NCBI GenBank assembly: GCA_051294375.1
Contig: CM119265.1
Span: 24,282,356 to 24,346,355 of the forward strand
Direction of reading: 5' to 3'
Length of the DNA: 64,000 bases
Source of the DNA: Paraspadella gotoi
Lineage: Eukaryota > Animalia > Chaetognatha
This document shows, piece by piece, positions 39,701 to 52,440 of this stretch (within the stretch, counting starts at the first letter, position 1; every line of letters starts with the position of its first letter). The translations under genes and the position numbers were made by a program. The notes under the pieces were generated by a model, which saw only the letters and a list, made by a program, of their open reading frames with translations, had not been told where the DNA came from and did not search any database.

Positions 39701-40651
39701 GTTGGAGGAGGGGGGCTGTTTATCTCTCTCTCATCTCTCGTTCTCTCTCTCTCTCGTCTCTCTCTCTCTCTCTCATCTCTCTGCTCGTCTCTCATCTTCT
39801 CGTCCTCTCTCCTCTGTCTCTCTCTCTTCTCGCCTCTCTCTCTCTAGCTCTCTCTCTTTTTTCGCAGAGTTTCAAAATCTCCTTCAGTCAAGAAGCTTTT
39901 TTCCGCGGAGAAAGAAAACATCATCTCCTTTTCGCTTCGGCTTTTTTTTTTACCTCCTTTGTCACGCACTCAATTTCCCCTATCTTCCTCCTCTTTTCCT
40001 CTCTTCCTCCTCCTCCTCCTCCTCTTCCTCCTCCTCCTGCCCTTTGTTCCTTTTTTTCTTCCTTGTTTTTTTTTTTTGCTTTCTTAAGATTCTTTACTTC
40101 AACATCACCTCTCAGGCCAAAAGGCCCGCACCGAACTCCATCAAAACCCCATCAGTGACGCTTAATTCCTTTCTCGGCCCTATTCTTCTAAAACGACCCA
40201 TTTCAAGTTCAATTGGGAATTAAAATAGTTTTTCTTTAAAAGATTTAAGGATTAAGGAATGGAAATATGACGCTTTTGGTAAAGAGAGCCTTAAATTTGG
40301 CCTCATTCTCCCTAATCAAATGATCTTTTTAGTCCACCCCGTCTCTTACCTCTTCAATCACCTTTGCCATCCCATCAACATCAGTTCCCCTTCACTCCAT
40401 CAGCCTTCTCTCTCGCTTCTCCATCCCTTACCCTGTCACTTACCCACTGTAATTCCGTCTACAACAGAGCCCTGCTGATCTCTGCTCCATTCCTTCCTTC
40501 ATCTCTCACCTTTTTCGATTTTAAAATATTACAAATATTTATTATAATTTTATGTTATATTAATATATATAAATTATAAATATTTTGAAAAAATTCCATA
40601 AATATTATTTATAATTTAATTTCAAGTAATTTTGAAAAAAAGGAGAATGTC

Positions 40652-40760
40652 CTATAAAATACCCTATATAATACCCTAAAGGAAAATACTCTATAAAATA
40701 CCCTATATAATACCCTAAAGGAAAATACTCTATAAAATACCCTATATAATACCCTATATT
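40652..40760. repeat. 39-bp tandem repeat (~2.7 copies) in intron 1
   Basis: CTATAAAATACCCTATATAATACCCTAAAGGAAAATACT repeated. Confidence 0.85.
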
Positions 40761-40808
40761 ATCTTCGAAATGACACATTTTCCCTTCCCTCTCCCCCCCC
40801 CGATTCAG

Positions 40809-41128
40809 CACATCCCGATAGGCGACGCTTCCTGTCTTTTCGCCCTCCGCGTCGTCTGGACGCCCATCGTCGAGGCCATCTGGAAGCGGCGTTGTCTCCC
40901 GTGGGGTCAGATCTTGGTCGCCGGCGTCAGTGTCGTCGGCGCCGTTCTCATCACGCAACCGGCGTTCATTTTCGGCGCCGCTTCGACGACTTCCGGTTCC
41001 GAGTGGAGCGGCGTCGCCTACTTGTGCGCGATCGGCGCCGGAATCTTGGCGTCGCTGTCGTACATCCTGTTGGCGCTTTGGCCGGAAATGCATTGGGCCG
41101 TGTGGCAATCGATGATCGCGCCCATGGG
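40809..41128 (+). CDS. DMT/EamA (SLC35G-like) transporter, exon 2
   Basis: TTCAG acceptor. Open frame HIPIGDASCLFALRVVWTPIVEAIWKRRCLPWGQILVAGVSVVGAVLITQPAFIFG..., matching the IPIGDA and G-x-x-L-I-x-Q-P-x-F-I-F-G motifs typical of EamA/SLC35G proteins. GTGAG donor at 41129, phase 2. Confidence 0.85.
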
Positions 41129-41309
41129 GTGAGGAGAGTGTTGTTTTTGTTGTTGTTGTTTTTGTTGTTGTTGTTGTTGTTGTTGTTGTCAACTATTTGA
41201 CAATCCTGGATGCAACTCTCTCTTTGGTTGCCTGGTTGGTTGGCTGATTGGAAGGTTAAATAGTTGACAGGATGGTTGGTTGGATGGTTGGTTAATTCGT
41301 TTTTTTATT

Positions 41310-41475
41310 TGTTTGTTCGTTCGTTACTCATTCATTTGTTCGTTTCCTTCTTTTGTTTTGTTCGATCGTTCGTTTCGTTCGTTCGGTTCCGTTTCGTTCG
41401 TTCGTTCGTTCGGTTCGTTCGTTCGTTCGTTTCGTTCTTTCGTTCTTTCGTTCTTTCGTTCGTTCGTTTCGTTGC
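41310..41475. repeat. (TTCG)n microsatellite in intron 2
   Basis: Direct reading. Confidence 0.9.
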
Positions 41476-41555
41476 GAAGAGAAAAAGTTTAATCTGCTTT
41501 CACCCTCCCCTGTCTCAACCTACCCTTACCCTTCCAAACCCCAACCCCGCCGCAG

Positions 41556-42076
41556 CTGGATCATCGCTCCCATCAACTACCTCGCATCAACGGCACCTCT
41601 TACCCAAAGACTTCGTCCCGCGGATTTCGTCAAATCTTCCTCATCGCTCTCTTCGACATGTTGGGGGCGCGCCTGCCGCACGGGCGCGTCCAGGAGCACG
41701 ACGCCTCCACCGTGGCCCTCGTCAGCGTCCTCGAGGATCCCCTTCACTTACTTCTGGGGTTGGGTCTACGCGGGTCAGTCGCTGCGGGCTGCTCAACTTC
41801 ATCGGGCGGCTCTGGTCATGGCGTCCGTTGTCTTGTTTGAGCGCGCCGTGTGTTGTGAGGGACGGAAGAGAAGGGAGGAGGGGAGAGGAAGAGGCTGGTG
41901 GGGAGAGGGGAGGGAAGGGGGGAAGAGATGGAGGAGGAGAAAGGGGAGAAGGGGATGTGGTGGGGAGGAGGAATGTGGAAGTGGAAGCGAGTGGGGGGAA
42001 GGAGGAGAGAGAGAGGGAGGAGGGAGAGAGGAGGGATGAGAGAGAGAGCAGAGAGGAGGAGAGGGGAGGAGAGTAA
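41556..42076 (+). CDS. DMT/EamA (SLC35G-like) transporter, exon 3 (3' end uncertain)
   Basis: CGCAG acceptor, phase-compatible with exon 2 (ATG GG|C TGG ATC = MGWII). With indel correction: VQEHDASTVALVSVLE-IPFTYFWGWVYAGQSL..NFIG-AALVMASVVLFE, an EamA second-repeat pattern, followed by a purine-rich low-complexity tail. Confidence 0.7.
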
Positions 42077-44802
42077 GCGAGGATGAAGAGGGGGAGAGAG
42101 AGAGCAGAAAAGAGCTTAGAGGAGAGGGAGGAGAGGAGGCCGGGAGGAGAGCGATTAGTTGGAGCTGTTGAGAGGAGTAGAGGATAGGCGTGAGAGTTGG
42201 AGAGAAGGAGGGATGGAGGAGGGTGGAAGGGTGGAGAGAGAGAGAGGATAGTTAGTCAAGTCGGAGAAAAAGGAGACGGAGTTGCGACGGTGAGAGTGAG
42301 GAGAGAGAGAAGGCGGGAGGAGAGAGGAGAGTGAGAAGCGAAAGAGAGGAAGAAGAGAAGGAGAGAGGAGAGAGAGGGAGAAAGATGAGACGAGAGCGAG
42401 AGAAGAAAGAGGGAAGGGAGAGAGAGAGAGAGAGAGTGTCCTCCTCCTCCAAGGTTTGACGCTTGAAAAATGTTCCTCATTTTTCTCTCTGAGGTTTAAA
42501 CGATTTTCTAACTTTGGGTTATTTCATACGAACCAGGCGAGAGTTAAAAAGTCATTCAAAAAAAAATTTATTAACAAACAGTCTCACGTAGCGCGATTTT
42601 GTAACGTCTTGCCATAATAATTTATATATAACTGCTGTCACGAATGCAATTAATTTAATGTACTTTGCGGTTAATAACGTCTCAAGTGATGCGTAACAGA
42701 AGAATTCCGCGCGGCCAGCATTTTTCNNNNNNNNNNNNNNNNNNNNNNNNNNNNNNNNNNNNNNNNNNNNNNNNNNNNNNNNNNNNNNNNNNNNNNNNNN
42801 NNNNNNNNNNNNNNNNNNNNNNNNNNNNNNNNNNNNNNNNNNNNNNNNNNNNNNNNNNNNNNNNNNNNNNNNNNNNNNNNNNNNNNNNNNNNNNNNNNNN
42901 NNNNNNNNNNNNNNNNNNNNNNNNNNNNNNNNNNNNNNNNNNNNNNNNNNNTAAAACTTTTTCTCTTCCAGCCTATCGCAATTCTTTTACAATAAAAAAA
43001 ATAAACGTTTTAATGTTTTCAACATTATTTGTTTTCGATTTTTTTCCCTCCAACGACCAAAAGAAAAAAAGATGAAACTTCAATCCAGAAAGTGTGTTGT
43101 GAACTTGGCTCGTCGATCATACCTCGTCAATTCGAACGAATTCTCGTCATTCCGAACGATTAAGTCCGAAAACAATTCCCGGGTTTGATATTTACCTGGG
43201 ATAGCGAAAGGAAAAGTCTGTCTTTACATCCATGTATCACATCTTCATTTTTTTGCTCTAGAATGTTCTAGAATGTTCGGCTGATACCCCAAAGAATTCA
43301 AGTCTTATATGCACTCTCAAACTCCAGTCGGTATTCGCTTTTCTCCCCCTTGCTATTCTACCATGCCTCAAAACTGCTAAGCAAAGCTACTTTCCCACAA
43401 TCAAACCCTGTCACGCCCTTCTCCCCCTACCATGCCTCGACACTTCCAAACCCTCCTTTGCCCCTTTCCATGCTTAAAACCAGCCACGCCTTGCCCTCGT
43501 TCCGGATATCCTGTCTCCATAGCGACGCGATTCGTCAAAGTCTTCCCCGTTTGTTTGTTGACATCGAAAAAGAAGAAGAAGAAGAAGTAAAAGAAAAAAA
43601 TGGAAAAAAATTAAAAGAAAGAAGGAGTTTCCTTCAGTCGCTCGAGGAAGTCTCGGGGAAAAGGGGGAAAAAAATAAGACCTTGGTGACAATTTTATAAT
43701 CGTTCTTCTTCCATCCATCTCCTCCACCTCCTCCTCCTCCTCTTCCTCTTCCTCCTCCTTCTCTTTCAACAAAGATGGCAAAATAGTGGCTTCGCTCCAG
43801 GCGGAAAAATCGCTGATTAATAAATTTTCAGTCTCATCCGTTCAAAACTTTTTTTTTGCTTTCGCTTCGAGTTTTTCCGCCTCCCCTCGACTTGTTACAA
43901 CGCCCAAGTCGTTTCCATTAAGTCGGTCGGTCAGTCTATCCTTAACCCAGACCTTTCCTTTAAACCCAAATATAAAATTAACTCCGAATTAATGATAAAA
44001 TTGGATGTTTTAGAAAAATAAGGCCAGTTTCCACCATTGATTTCCCTTTTGTCTCACACAGTTTTTTCTCTTCTCTTCTTTAAACTTTGTAATTTTCTTT
44101 CATTTTGTTCTTGACCTAATTTTTTTTTTTACTATTTTTTCCTCCGTTTTTCCAATATTTATTCTTGTTCCAGTTTTATTCTATTTTTCTCTTCACTTAA
44201 CTTAACTCTCGTCTTCTCATCTTATATCATTTTTCACTCTCTCTCTCTCTCTCTCTTCTGGTTCCTCTCTCTCTCTCTCTCTTCTCTCTCCTCTTTTCTC
44301 TCGCCTGCTCTTTACTTCTTCATTTCCGCTCGACAGTAATTGTAAGGCTTTTTTCTCGCTACGCATATGGTTTTCCAATGCATCTCCAGGGCTTCATTTT
44401 TTACTCTTTTCTTCTTTCTTTCTCCGCCTCTTTCTTTCTTTCTTTCTCTTTTTCTTTCTTTTCTTTCTTTCTTCTTTCTTTTCTTTCTTTCTTTCTTTCT
44501 TTCTTTCTTTTATTTTCCATCTTTCTAAATTTCTTTCAAGTTTCTTATTACTCTTTTTTCTTTTGTTTTTTCTTTTCTTTTTTGTCTTTCCCCACTATTT
44601 TCTTTACCCCCCCCAAAAAAAAACATATGTAGTCAACTATCAACCGCGTTTCGCGAATCCGACACAACGAGAAAATTGTTTTGACTTTGTTTTTGTTTTG
44701 TTTTTGTTTGGTTTTGTTTGTTTGTTTACGTTATTGATTGCTTTTCGGCGCCTTTCGTTCTGGAATCCTCCGCGTCTCTTGGGGATTGCGGGTTTCGTCC
44801 TG

Positions 44803-44870
<68 letters not shown>

Positions 44871-44878
44871 CGACGCCG
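44803..44878. repeat. (GAC)n microsatellite
   Basis: Direct reading. Confidence 0.95.
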
Positions 44879-45128
44879 AGGACTGTTTACAAAGCGAAGC
44901 GTAAGTAGTCTCTCGGGAAGGGAAAGCGATCCAAAGCGAAAAGTGACAGCGATTGAAAGTGAAAAGAGAAAGTGAGATGATTATTTGCGAAACGCAATTA
45001 AAATGATTGTGACTGAAAGAGAGATTTTAAAACGAAAAGAAATTAAAAAAAAAATTTAAAAGGATATGAAAATGAATATAAAAGGGAAATACAGATAAAA
45101 TTAATAATAAGCATATACAAATAACATA

Positions 45129-45186
45129 CTGTGGATTCGATCCCCGAATCTCTGAGCCACGAGTGATTCGGGGATCGAATCCACAA
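45129..45186. mobile_element. 58-bp TA-flanked hairpin (minimal Tc1/mariner-type MITE)
   Basis: Perfect 21-bp inverted repeat TGTGGATTCGATCCCCGAATC (45130-45150) / GATTCGGGGATCGAATCCACA (45165-45185) with a 14-nt loop. TA at 45127-28 and 45187-88. Confidence 0.7.
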
Positions 45187-45309
45187 TACTTGTAATAAAA
45201 AAATTTTAAAATATGGAAAAAATTTAAAAAAAAAAAAGAAGAGCATAAAGGAAAGCAAAGGAAATGAAGAAAAAGTATAAGTGATACTAAACGATCGATA
45301 AACGACATC

Positions 45310-45460
45310 AAACGCGATCTAAAGCGATATAACGCGATCTAAAGCGATCTAAAGCGATCTAACGCGATCTAACGCGATCTAAAGCGATAGAGCGTGATCT
45401 AAAGCGATCTAACGCGATCTAAAGCGATATAACGCGATCTAAAGCGATCTAAAGCGATCA
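45310..45460. repeat. 10-bp minisatellite AA(A/C)GCGATCT, ~15 copies
   Basis: Direct reading. Confidence 0.92.
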
Positions 45461-48400
45461 AAGGCGTCGGGGAAATCGAATTCATGACACCAAAGAGTCA
45501 CGCCCTTTCATAATTCGAAAAGGGCAAAGTCGTCGTTATCGTCGTCGTCGTCGTCGTCGTCGTTATCGTCGCCGTCGCCGTCGCCGTCGCCGTCGTCGTC
45601 ATCATCATCCTCATTAGCAAAAGAGAAAAAAAGCAAAAAAGCAAAAAAGTAAAAAATCAAAAAAGCAAAAAAGCACTCTCGTTCGTTGTCATTATCGTCG
45701 CCTTCGTTGTTCTCTCCGTCGTCGTCGTCATCGTTGTCTTTTTCGTCGACGTCGTCNNNNNNNNNNNNNNNNNNNNNNNNNNNNNNNNNNNNNNNNNNNN
45801 NNNNNNNNNNNNNNNNNNNNNNNNNNNNNNNNNNNNNNNNNNNNNNNNNNNNNNNNNNNNNNNNNNNNNNNNNNNNNNNNNNNNNNNNNNNNNNNNNNNN
45901 NNNNNNNNNNNNNNNNNNNNNNNNNNNNNNNNNNNNNNNNNNNNNNNNNNNNNNNNNNNNNNNNNNNNNNNNNNNNNNNNNNNNNNNNNNNNNNNNNNNN
46001 NNNNNNNNNNNNNNNNNNNNNNNNNNNNNNNNNNNNNNNNNNNNNNNNNNNNNNNNNNNNNNNNNNNNNNNNNNNNNNNNNNNNNNNNNNNNNNNNNNNN
46101 NNNNNNNNNNNNNNNNNNNNNNNNNNNNNNNNNNNNNNNNNNNNNNNNNNNNNNNNNNNNNNNNNNNNNNNNNNNNNNNNNNNNNNNNNNNNNNNNNNNN
46201 NNNNNNNNNNNNNNNNNNNNNNNNNNNNNNNNNNNNNNNNNNNNNNNNNNNNNNNNNNNNNNNNNNNNNNNNNNNNNNNNNNNNNNNNNNNNNNNNNNNN
46301 NNNNNNNNNNNNNNNNNNNNNNNNNNNNNNNNNNNNNNNNNNNNNNNNNNNNNNNNNNNNNNNNNNNNNNNNNNNNNNNNNNNNNNNNNNNNNNNNNNNN
46401 NNNNNNNNNNNNNNNNNNNNNNNNNNNAAACTAATTGAAAAAAAGTTAGCATTAGAAAACTATTAGTCAAGAATTATTCATATTTTAATGATAATGATAA
46501 CTTAACCGAATAAATAATTTAAGCATTTTAACTCTTTTAATCAATTCAAACACAATCGATGAAAACAAATCCACGGCTTATAGCGTTTAATTATGATACA
46601 GATAGTTCACATCGTTTCGTTCTAACCCATTTAATCAATCATTTTATCAATAAAAAGCCTAAATCTATATTAAATTTATAATAACTGCCAAACGACAACG
46701 AATAAAAACTTTTGTATTCATCTCCCGATCCCAAAGAAAAAAGAAAAAAATCCCTGATTCAGAATTTCAGATCATTCAACCTTTTCCTTCTCTAAATCAT
46801 TCGTCCAGAGAAGAAAAAAAGAAATGTGCGAAAAAAGATTTCTCTTCCTTTTTTTATTTCTTTTTTTTCCTTTTTTTTTTATCTCGGCCACCAGCACTCG
46901 GCCAAAGGCATCGATGACCCATGAGGCCCGTCTTAAAATATGGATTGTTGGGCGAACTGGGAAAATAGGTTAGAATTCCTCTCTCTCTCTCTCTTACCCG
47001 TACGTAAGAAAAACTCACCTTTTCACTAAATGTAGATTTTTTTTAATTCATTTCTTGATTATCTTTTACTTCTCTCTTTTTATATCTCTTTTTCAACTGA
47101 TTTTTTCATAATCCTCGTGCGCAGGAGAGGCCACTCAATGTTCTACTTCTCTCTCTCTCATCTCTCTCTCATTCTCTCTCTCTCTTCTTCTTCTCTCTCT
47201 CTCTCTATTCTTCTCTTCTCCTGCTTTTCACTGTTTTCGTAAAACGCTCAGAGACGTGCAGTCATGTCGTCGCGTTTTTTCTCTACGAAATAAAAACGCC
47301 CTGCTCTTACTCTCTCTTTCTCTCGTGCTCTTCTTCTTCTCTTCTTCGTCTCTCTCTCTCTCTCTCTTTCTCTCTCTTCTCATTACTCTCTCTCCTTCTC
47401 TCTCCCTCTCTCTCTCTCTCCTTTCTGCATTCTCTCTTACTGCTTTCCTCTCCCTCTTCTCTCCCTCTCCCTTCCTGCTCTTTCTCTCTTCTCGTGTCCG
47501 CCTTATTGCTTTTTGTTTTTCCTCTTTTGCCCTCGGTAACTATTATTGTCGTGAGATTGTTTTCGGCTTTCCAAAAATCTTTATCGTCCCCCCTCGCTGC
47601 CCCTTCCGCCATCCTTTCACGTTTGTGCCTCCCCTCCAATGTTGCGTTCTCGCGACTCGTTCAACTGTTTGANNNNNNNNNNNNNNNNNNNNNNNNNNNN
47701 NNNNNNNNNNNNNNNNNNNNNNNNNNNNNNNNNNNNNNNNNNNNNNNNNNNNNNNNNNNNNNNNNNNNNNNNNNNNNNNNNNNNNNNNNNNNNNNNNNNN
47801 NNNNNNNNNNNNNNNNNNNNNNNNNNNNNNNNNNNNNNNNNNNNNNNNNNNNNNNNNNNNNNNNNNNNNNNNNNNNNNNNNNNNNNNNNNNNNNNNNNNN
47901 NNNNNNNNNNNNNNNNNNNNNNNNNNNNNNNNNNNNNNNNNNNNNNNNNNNNNNNNNNNNNNNNNNNNNNNNNNNNNNNNNNNNNNNNNNNNNNNNNNNN
48001 NNNNNNNNNNNNNNNNNNNNNNNNNNNNNNNNNNNNNNNNNNNNNNNNNNNNNNNNNNNNNNNNNNNNNNNNNNNNNNNNNNNNNNNTTTTGACCTTTTC
48101 TCGCCTCTTCTTTTTCCCCCCCATTTTTTTATGTCGTTCCTTTTTTAGCGACCGATCTTAATCATTTTACGAATTCGTTATTTAATTTTTTTTCTTTTAA
48201 TATTTTATAATTCGCCGGACATGAAATATATATGAGGAGAGATTTTCCAAAATTGTCTGTATTGCTTTGTTTTATTAGCTCGATATTTAAATGTTAAATA
48301 TTCAACGTTAACGGGTCTTCGGGCTTATTTTCCCAAAACGCCCCTTTTGATATAATATTTCAAGAGGTAAGGGTTTAGGATTAAGTTATGGATTAAGGTG

Positions 48401-48721
48401 GGAGATATGGTTGGTGATGAGGATTAGTGATTAAGGATTTGGTTAAATTGGTTATGGTTAGGGATTAAATAGTTTTTTTAAGTTTTTAATCTTTTAATCT
48501 TTTTCTCTCAAATACGTTTTTTCCTTTAACCTTAAATTAATTCCTCCTTTTTTTCCATTTCCCCTCCCAACCAAGGCCTTTGTCATAATTTGCTTCTCAA
48601 TATTTCTTTTAAAGTAATAATTAAATCTTTTAAAGTAATAATTAAATCTTTCTTTCCATTTCTCCCTTCATCCTTTTTTACCTCTTTTTTTCATTTTACC
48701 TCTTTCCTTACCCTGCCTCAC

Positions 48722-48881
48722 CTATTAGGAGATAAGTAGGAGGGCAGAAAGGGCGAGGCGGAGACGACGTTGCAGACCGGTTTGGAGACAACGGAGAGTT
48801 TGCCCATGAAGTCGTTCCCGCATTTGTAAGATCCCCCATCTTCGAGTTGAGTGTTGGTGATGTGGATGTAGTAGGTGCGAC
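48722..48881 (-). CDS. Exon of an immunoglobulin-superfamily protein (C-terminal half of an Ig domain)
   Basis: CCTCCAG acceptor and AG|GTGAG donor. Translation RTYYIHITNTQLEDGGSYKCGNDFMGKLSVVSKPVC contains the D-x-G-x-Y-x-C F-strand motif of V/I-set Ig domains and an L-x-V G strand. Confidence 0.78.
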
Positions 48882-50259
48882 CTGGAGGAGGGGGTGGTTG
48901 GAGAGATTGATGGAGGAAGGGAGGGAGGAAGGAGGAAAGGAGAGAGTGAGGGAGGAAAAGGAAAGAGAGGTAAGGAAAAGGCAGGAAAGGAAAGGGAGGT
49001 AATGAAGGGAAAAATGAGATTAAAGAAATCGATTTATTGCGGTTGATGAAAGATGTGATTGAGCAACACTTTAGTATTGGGAAATGCAAATAAATAAATT
49101 TTCTAATTTCGAATAGTTGTGAATTTGTAAAAGTTTTAAATGAGGTGTAGAAACTCGTTTCAATATTTATTTTTTTTCCTTTTCATCCACTATATTATCT
49201 CAATCATCACTCTATCATCACACTGCTATCTCTTCACGTTTCCATCACTATCTCAGACTACTTATTATATAATCTTTTCACCATCTATTTGCACCGTNNN
49301 NNNNNNNNNNNNNNNNNNNNNNNNNNNNNNNNNNNNNNNNNNNNNNNNNNNNNNNNNNNNNNNNNNNNNNNNNNNNNNNNNNNNNNNNNNNNNNNNNNNN
49401 NNNNNNNNNNNNNNNNNNNNNNNNNNNNNNNNNNNNNNNNNNNNNNNNNNNNNNNNNNNNNNNNNNNNNNNNNNNNNNNNNNNNNNNNNNNNNNNNNNNN
49501 NNNNNNNNNNNNNNNNNNNNNNNNNNNNNNNNNNNNNNNNNAAAAAAAGAAAAAAGGAGGAAAGGAAAGATAAAAAAAGGAAAGACATCATAACTCACAA
49601 TCGAGATCGCGACCTCAATTCCGATGACTTTTCTGCTCCCTCTGGCGAGAGAGAATGCTGGCCGGACTCTCGGAGTTGGATGAGAATGGGGAGGGAGGGG
49701 GNNNNNNNNNNNNNNNNNNNNNNNNNNNNNNNNNNNNNNNNNNNNNNNNNNNNNNNNNNNNNNNNNNNNNNNNNNNNNNNNNNNNNNNNNNNNNNNNNNN
49801 NNNNNNNNNNNNNNNNNNNNNNNNNNNNNNNNNNNNNNNNNNNNNNNNNNNNNNNNNNNNNNNNNNNNNNNNNNNNNNNNNNNNNNNNNNNNNNNNNNNN
49901 NNNNNNNNNNNNNNNNNNNNNNNNNNNNNNNNNNNNNNNNNNNNNNNNNNNNNNNNNNNNNNNNNNNNNNNNNNNNNNNNNNNNNNNNNNNNNNNNNNNN
50001 NNNAAGGAATTAAAATAAGGAAAGGAAATAAAAGGAAAAGGGAGGAAGAGGAAGAGAAAAGGCTGAAGGAAAAGAAGAGATAGAGGATAGAGAGGATGGA
50101 GGACAAGGAGGATGGAGGACATGGAGGAAGGAGGACAAGGAAAGGCGGAGGAGGAGGACAACGAGGATAAAGGACAAGGAGAGGACAAGGATGTGAACAG
50201 AGAAGCGATTTTCGGAAGAGAAAAATTTAGGCGAGGGAAAGAAAAGAATAGAAATGAAT

Positions 50260-50666
50260 AGAAAAGAAAAAAAGAAAAGAAAAGAAAAAAAGAGAGAAAA
50301 AGAAAAGAAAAGTAAAGCAAAGCAAAGAAAAGAAAAAAAAATAAAGCAAAGAAAAGAAAAGAAAAAAAAAGAAAAAAAAGCAAAGCAAAGCAAAGCAAAG
50401 CAAAGCAAAGCAAAGCAAAACAAAGCGAAAAAAGGAAAAGAAAAGAAAAGTAAAGCAAAGAAAATCAAAGCAAAGCAAAGCAAAGCAAAGCAAAGCAAAG
50501 CAAAGCAAAGCAGAGCAAAGCAAATAGAATAACATAAAAGAAAAGAAAAGAAAAGAAAAGAACTGAAATGAAAAAAAAACAAAGAAAAGAGAAGAATAGT
50601 AAAAAAAAGAAAAAAAAGAGGAAAAGAAAAGAAAAGAAAAGAAAAGAAAAGAAAAGAAAAGAAAAG

Positions 50667-50697
<31 letters not shown>

Positions 50698-50705
50698 GAA
50701 AAACG
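50260..50705. repeat. (GCAAA)n / (GAAAA)n pentanucleotide microsatellites
   Basis: Direct reading. Confidence 0.95.
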
Positions 50706-50955
50706 AATATAAAATAGAATAGAAAAAAGGGAAACTCAAAAAAGAAACAGAAAAAAGAAAAGACCAGCTGAGGACGACAAAAGTCTTTCGTCCGAGCCAC
50801 GGGAAAATGTCCGCGCGGCGTCGCTGCCTCCGCGGCCGCTCCGCCGCTCTGCTGCTCTGCAGCTCCGCCTCGATACTTAATCACAATAAAAGCTCATTTT
50901 TCGAGAGAAAAGAAAACCAATAATCATAATCATAAAGCGAAAAACTGGGAGATGG

Positions 50956-51037
<82 letters not shown>

Positions 51038-52034
51038 AGAGAGAGAGATGTGGTGGGGTGAAAAGAATTTAATGGCGGTACACGATGCCAAAGCTCTTGA
51101 CAAGACGAAAAACAAGGTAGAAAAAAAAGAATTTAAAAAAAACAGAAAATGAAAGATGAGAAATGACGAATGAAGAGACGCAAGTTGAGTAGTTGAGGGG
51201 TTGAGGAGTTTAGGAGGTGATAAAATGAGGAGTTGAGGAAATGAGGAGTTAAGAACTAAATGAGCATTTATGTGGTTAAGAGTGAAATTACTAAATGTAG
51301 TTTGCAAATTGAGTAGGGAAACATCGGTGGTCAAATGACTCATAAGTCTAACCACTTTCAAGACCATTCAAGTATTTAGTGAAATGATCTACATACCGAG
51401 AACGGGTTTAACGAGGTGATCGTTTTTAACGAGTTTGCTCGAACGGGATGAAAGGTTTCGATTTAAAATTAATGATTCGCTTGGGTTTATGGGACTTAAG
51501 GGTACCCGAAGGATTTTTATATTTGAAACGGTTTTGTACGAGCGATTAGATTGGTTTGATTTAGTGCTTAACTGACTAAATGATTAAATGATTTTAAGAT
51601 TAATTGATTGATTTATTGATTTAATTTAACAAACTAAATTGATTGATTTTATCGATTTGATTGAATTATTCTGCCTGATCGTAACTTCAAAGACTTCCTT
51701 CCGCCCATTTTCGGGGTTGAGACTGAGACAAAGAAAAAAACAAATAAAAAGACAATGACCAAGAAAAAAACAACGACACAAAGAAAGACCAAGATAAAAA
51801 AAGGGTAAAAACAGAGGGAAAAACAAAGAAAAAGACAAAGACAAGGACAAAGATCTGATGCAAACGTTAATTGTCCAGAAATTGCGCGACGGTGGGCGAG
51901 TAAGACGAGGACGAAGCTCAGAATAGGATGACGTCGAAAACAACGAATAACTCGCAACAAGACTTAAGTCGATTCGCGACGCCATTTTCCAATTACCCAA
52001 CGGATTCCGTCTTCCTTCCTTTTCCTAACCCTCT

Positions 52035-52440
52035 TTTTCTCCTTCTAGATTTTCTTTCTTTTTCTCCTTCTTTTTTTTCTTTAGTTTCTTTTTCTCCTTC
52101 TAGAGTTTCTTTCTTTTTCTCCTTCTTTTTTTTCTTTAGTTTCTTTTTCTCCTTCTAGATTTTTTTTCTTTTCCTCCTTCTTTTTTTTTCTTTAGTTTCT
52201 TTTTCTCCTTCTAGATTTTCTTTCTTTTTCTCCTTTTTTTCTTTAGTTTCTTTTTCTCCTTCTAGATTTTCTTTCTTTTTCTCCTTCTTTTTTTTTCTTT
52301 AGTTTCTTTTTCTCCTTCTAGATTTTCTTTCTTTTTCTCAATCTTTTTTTTCTTTAGTTTCTTTTTCTCCTTCTCGTTTTTCTTTCTCTTTCTCCTTCTT
52401 TTATTTATTCTTTAGTTTCTCCCTTTTTTTTCTCTAGTTT
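52035..52440. repeat. ~55-bp pyrimidine-rich minisatellite (CTCCTTCTAGATTTT...TTTAGTTTC), ~6 copies
   Basis: CTCCTTCTAGA recurs at ~55-bp spacing. Confidence 0.85.
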
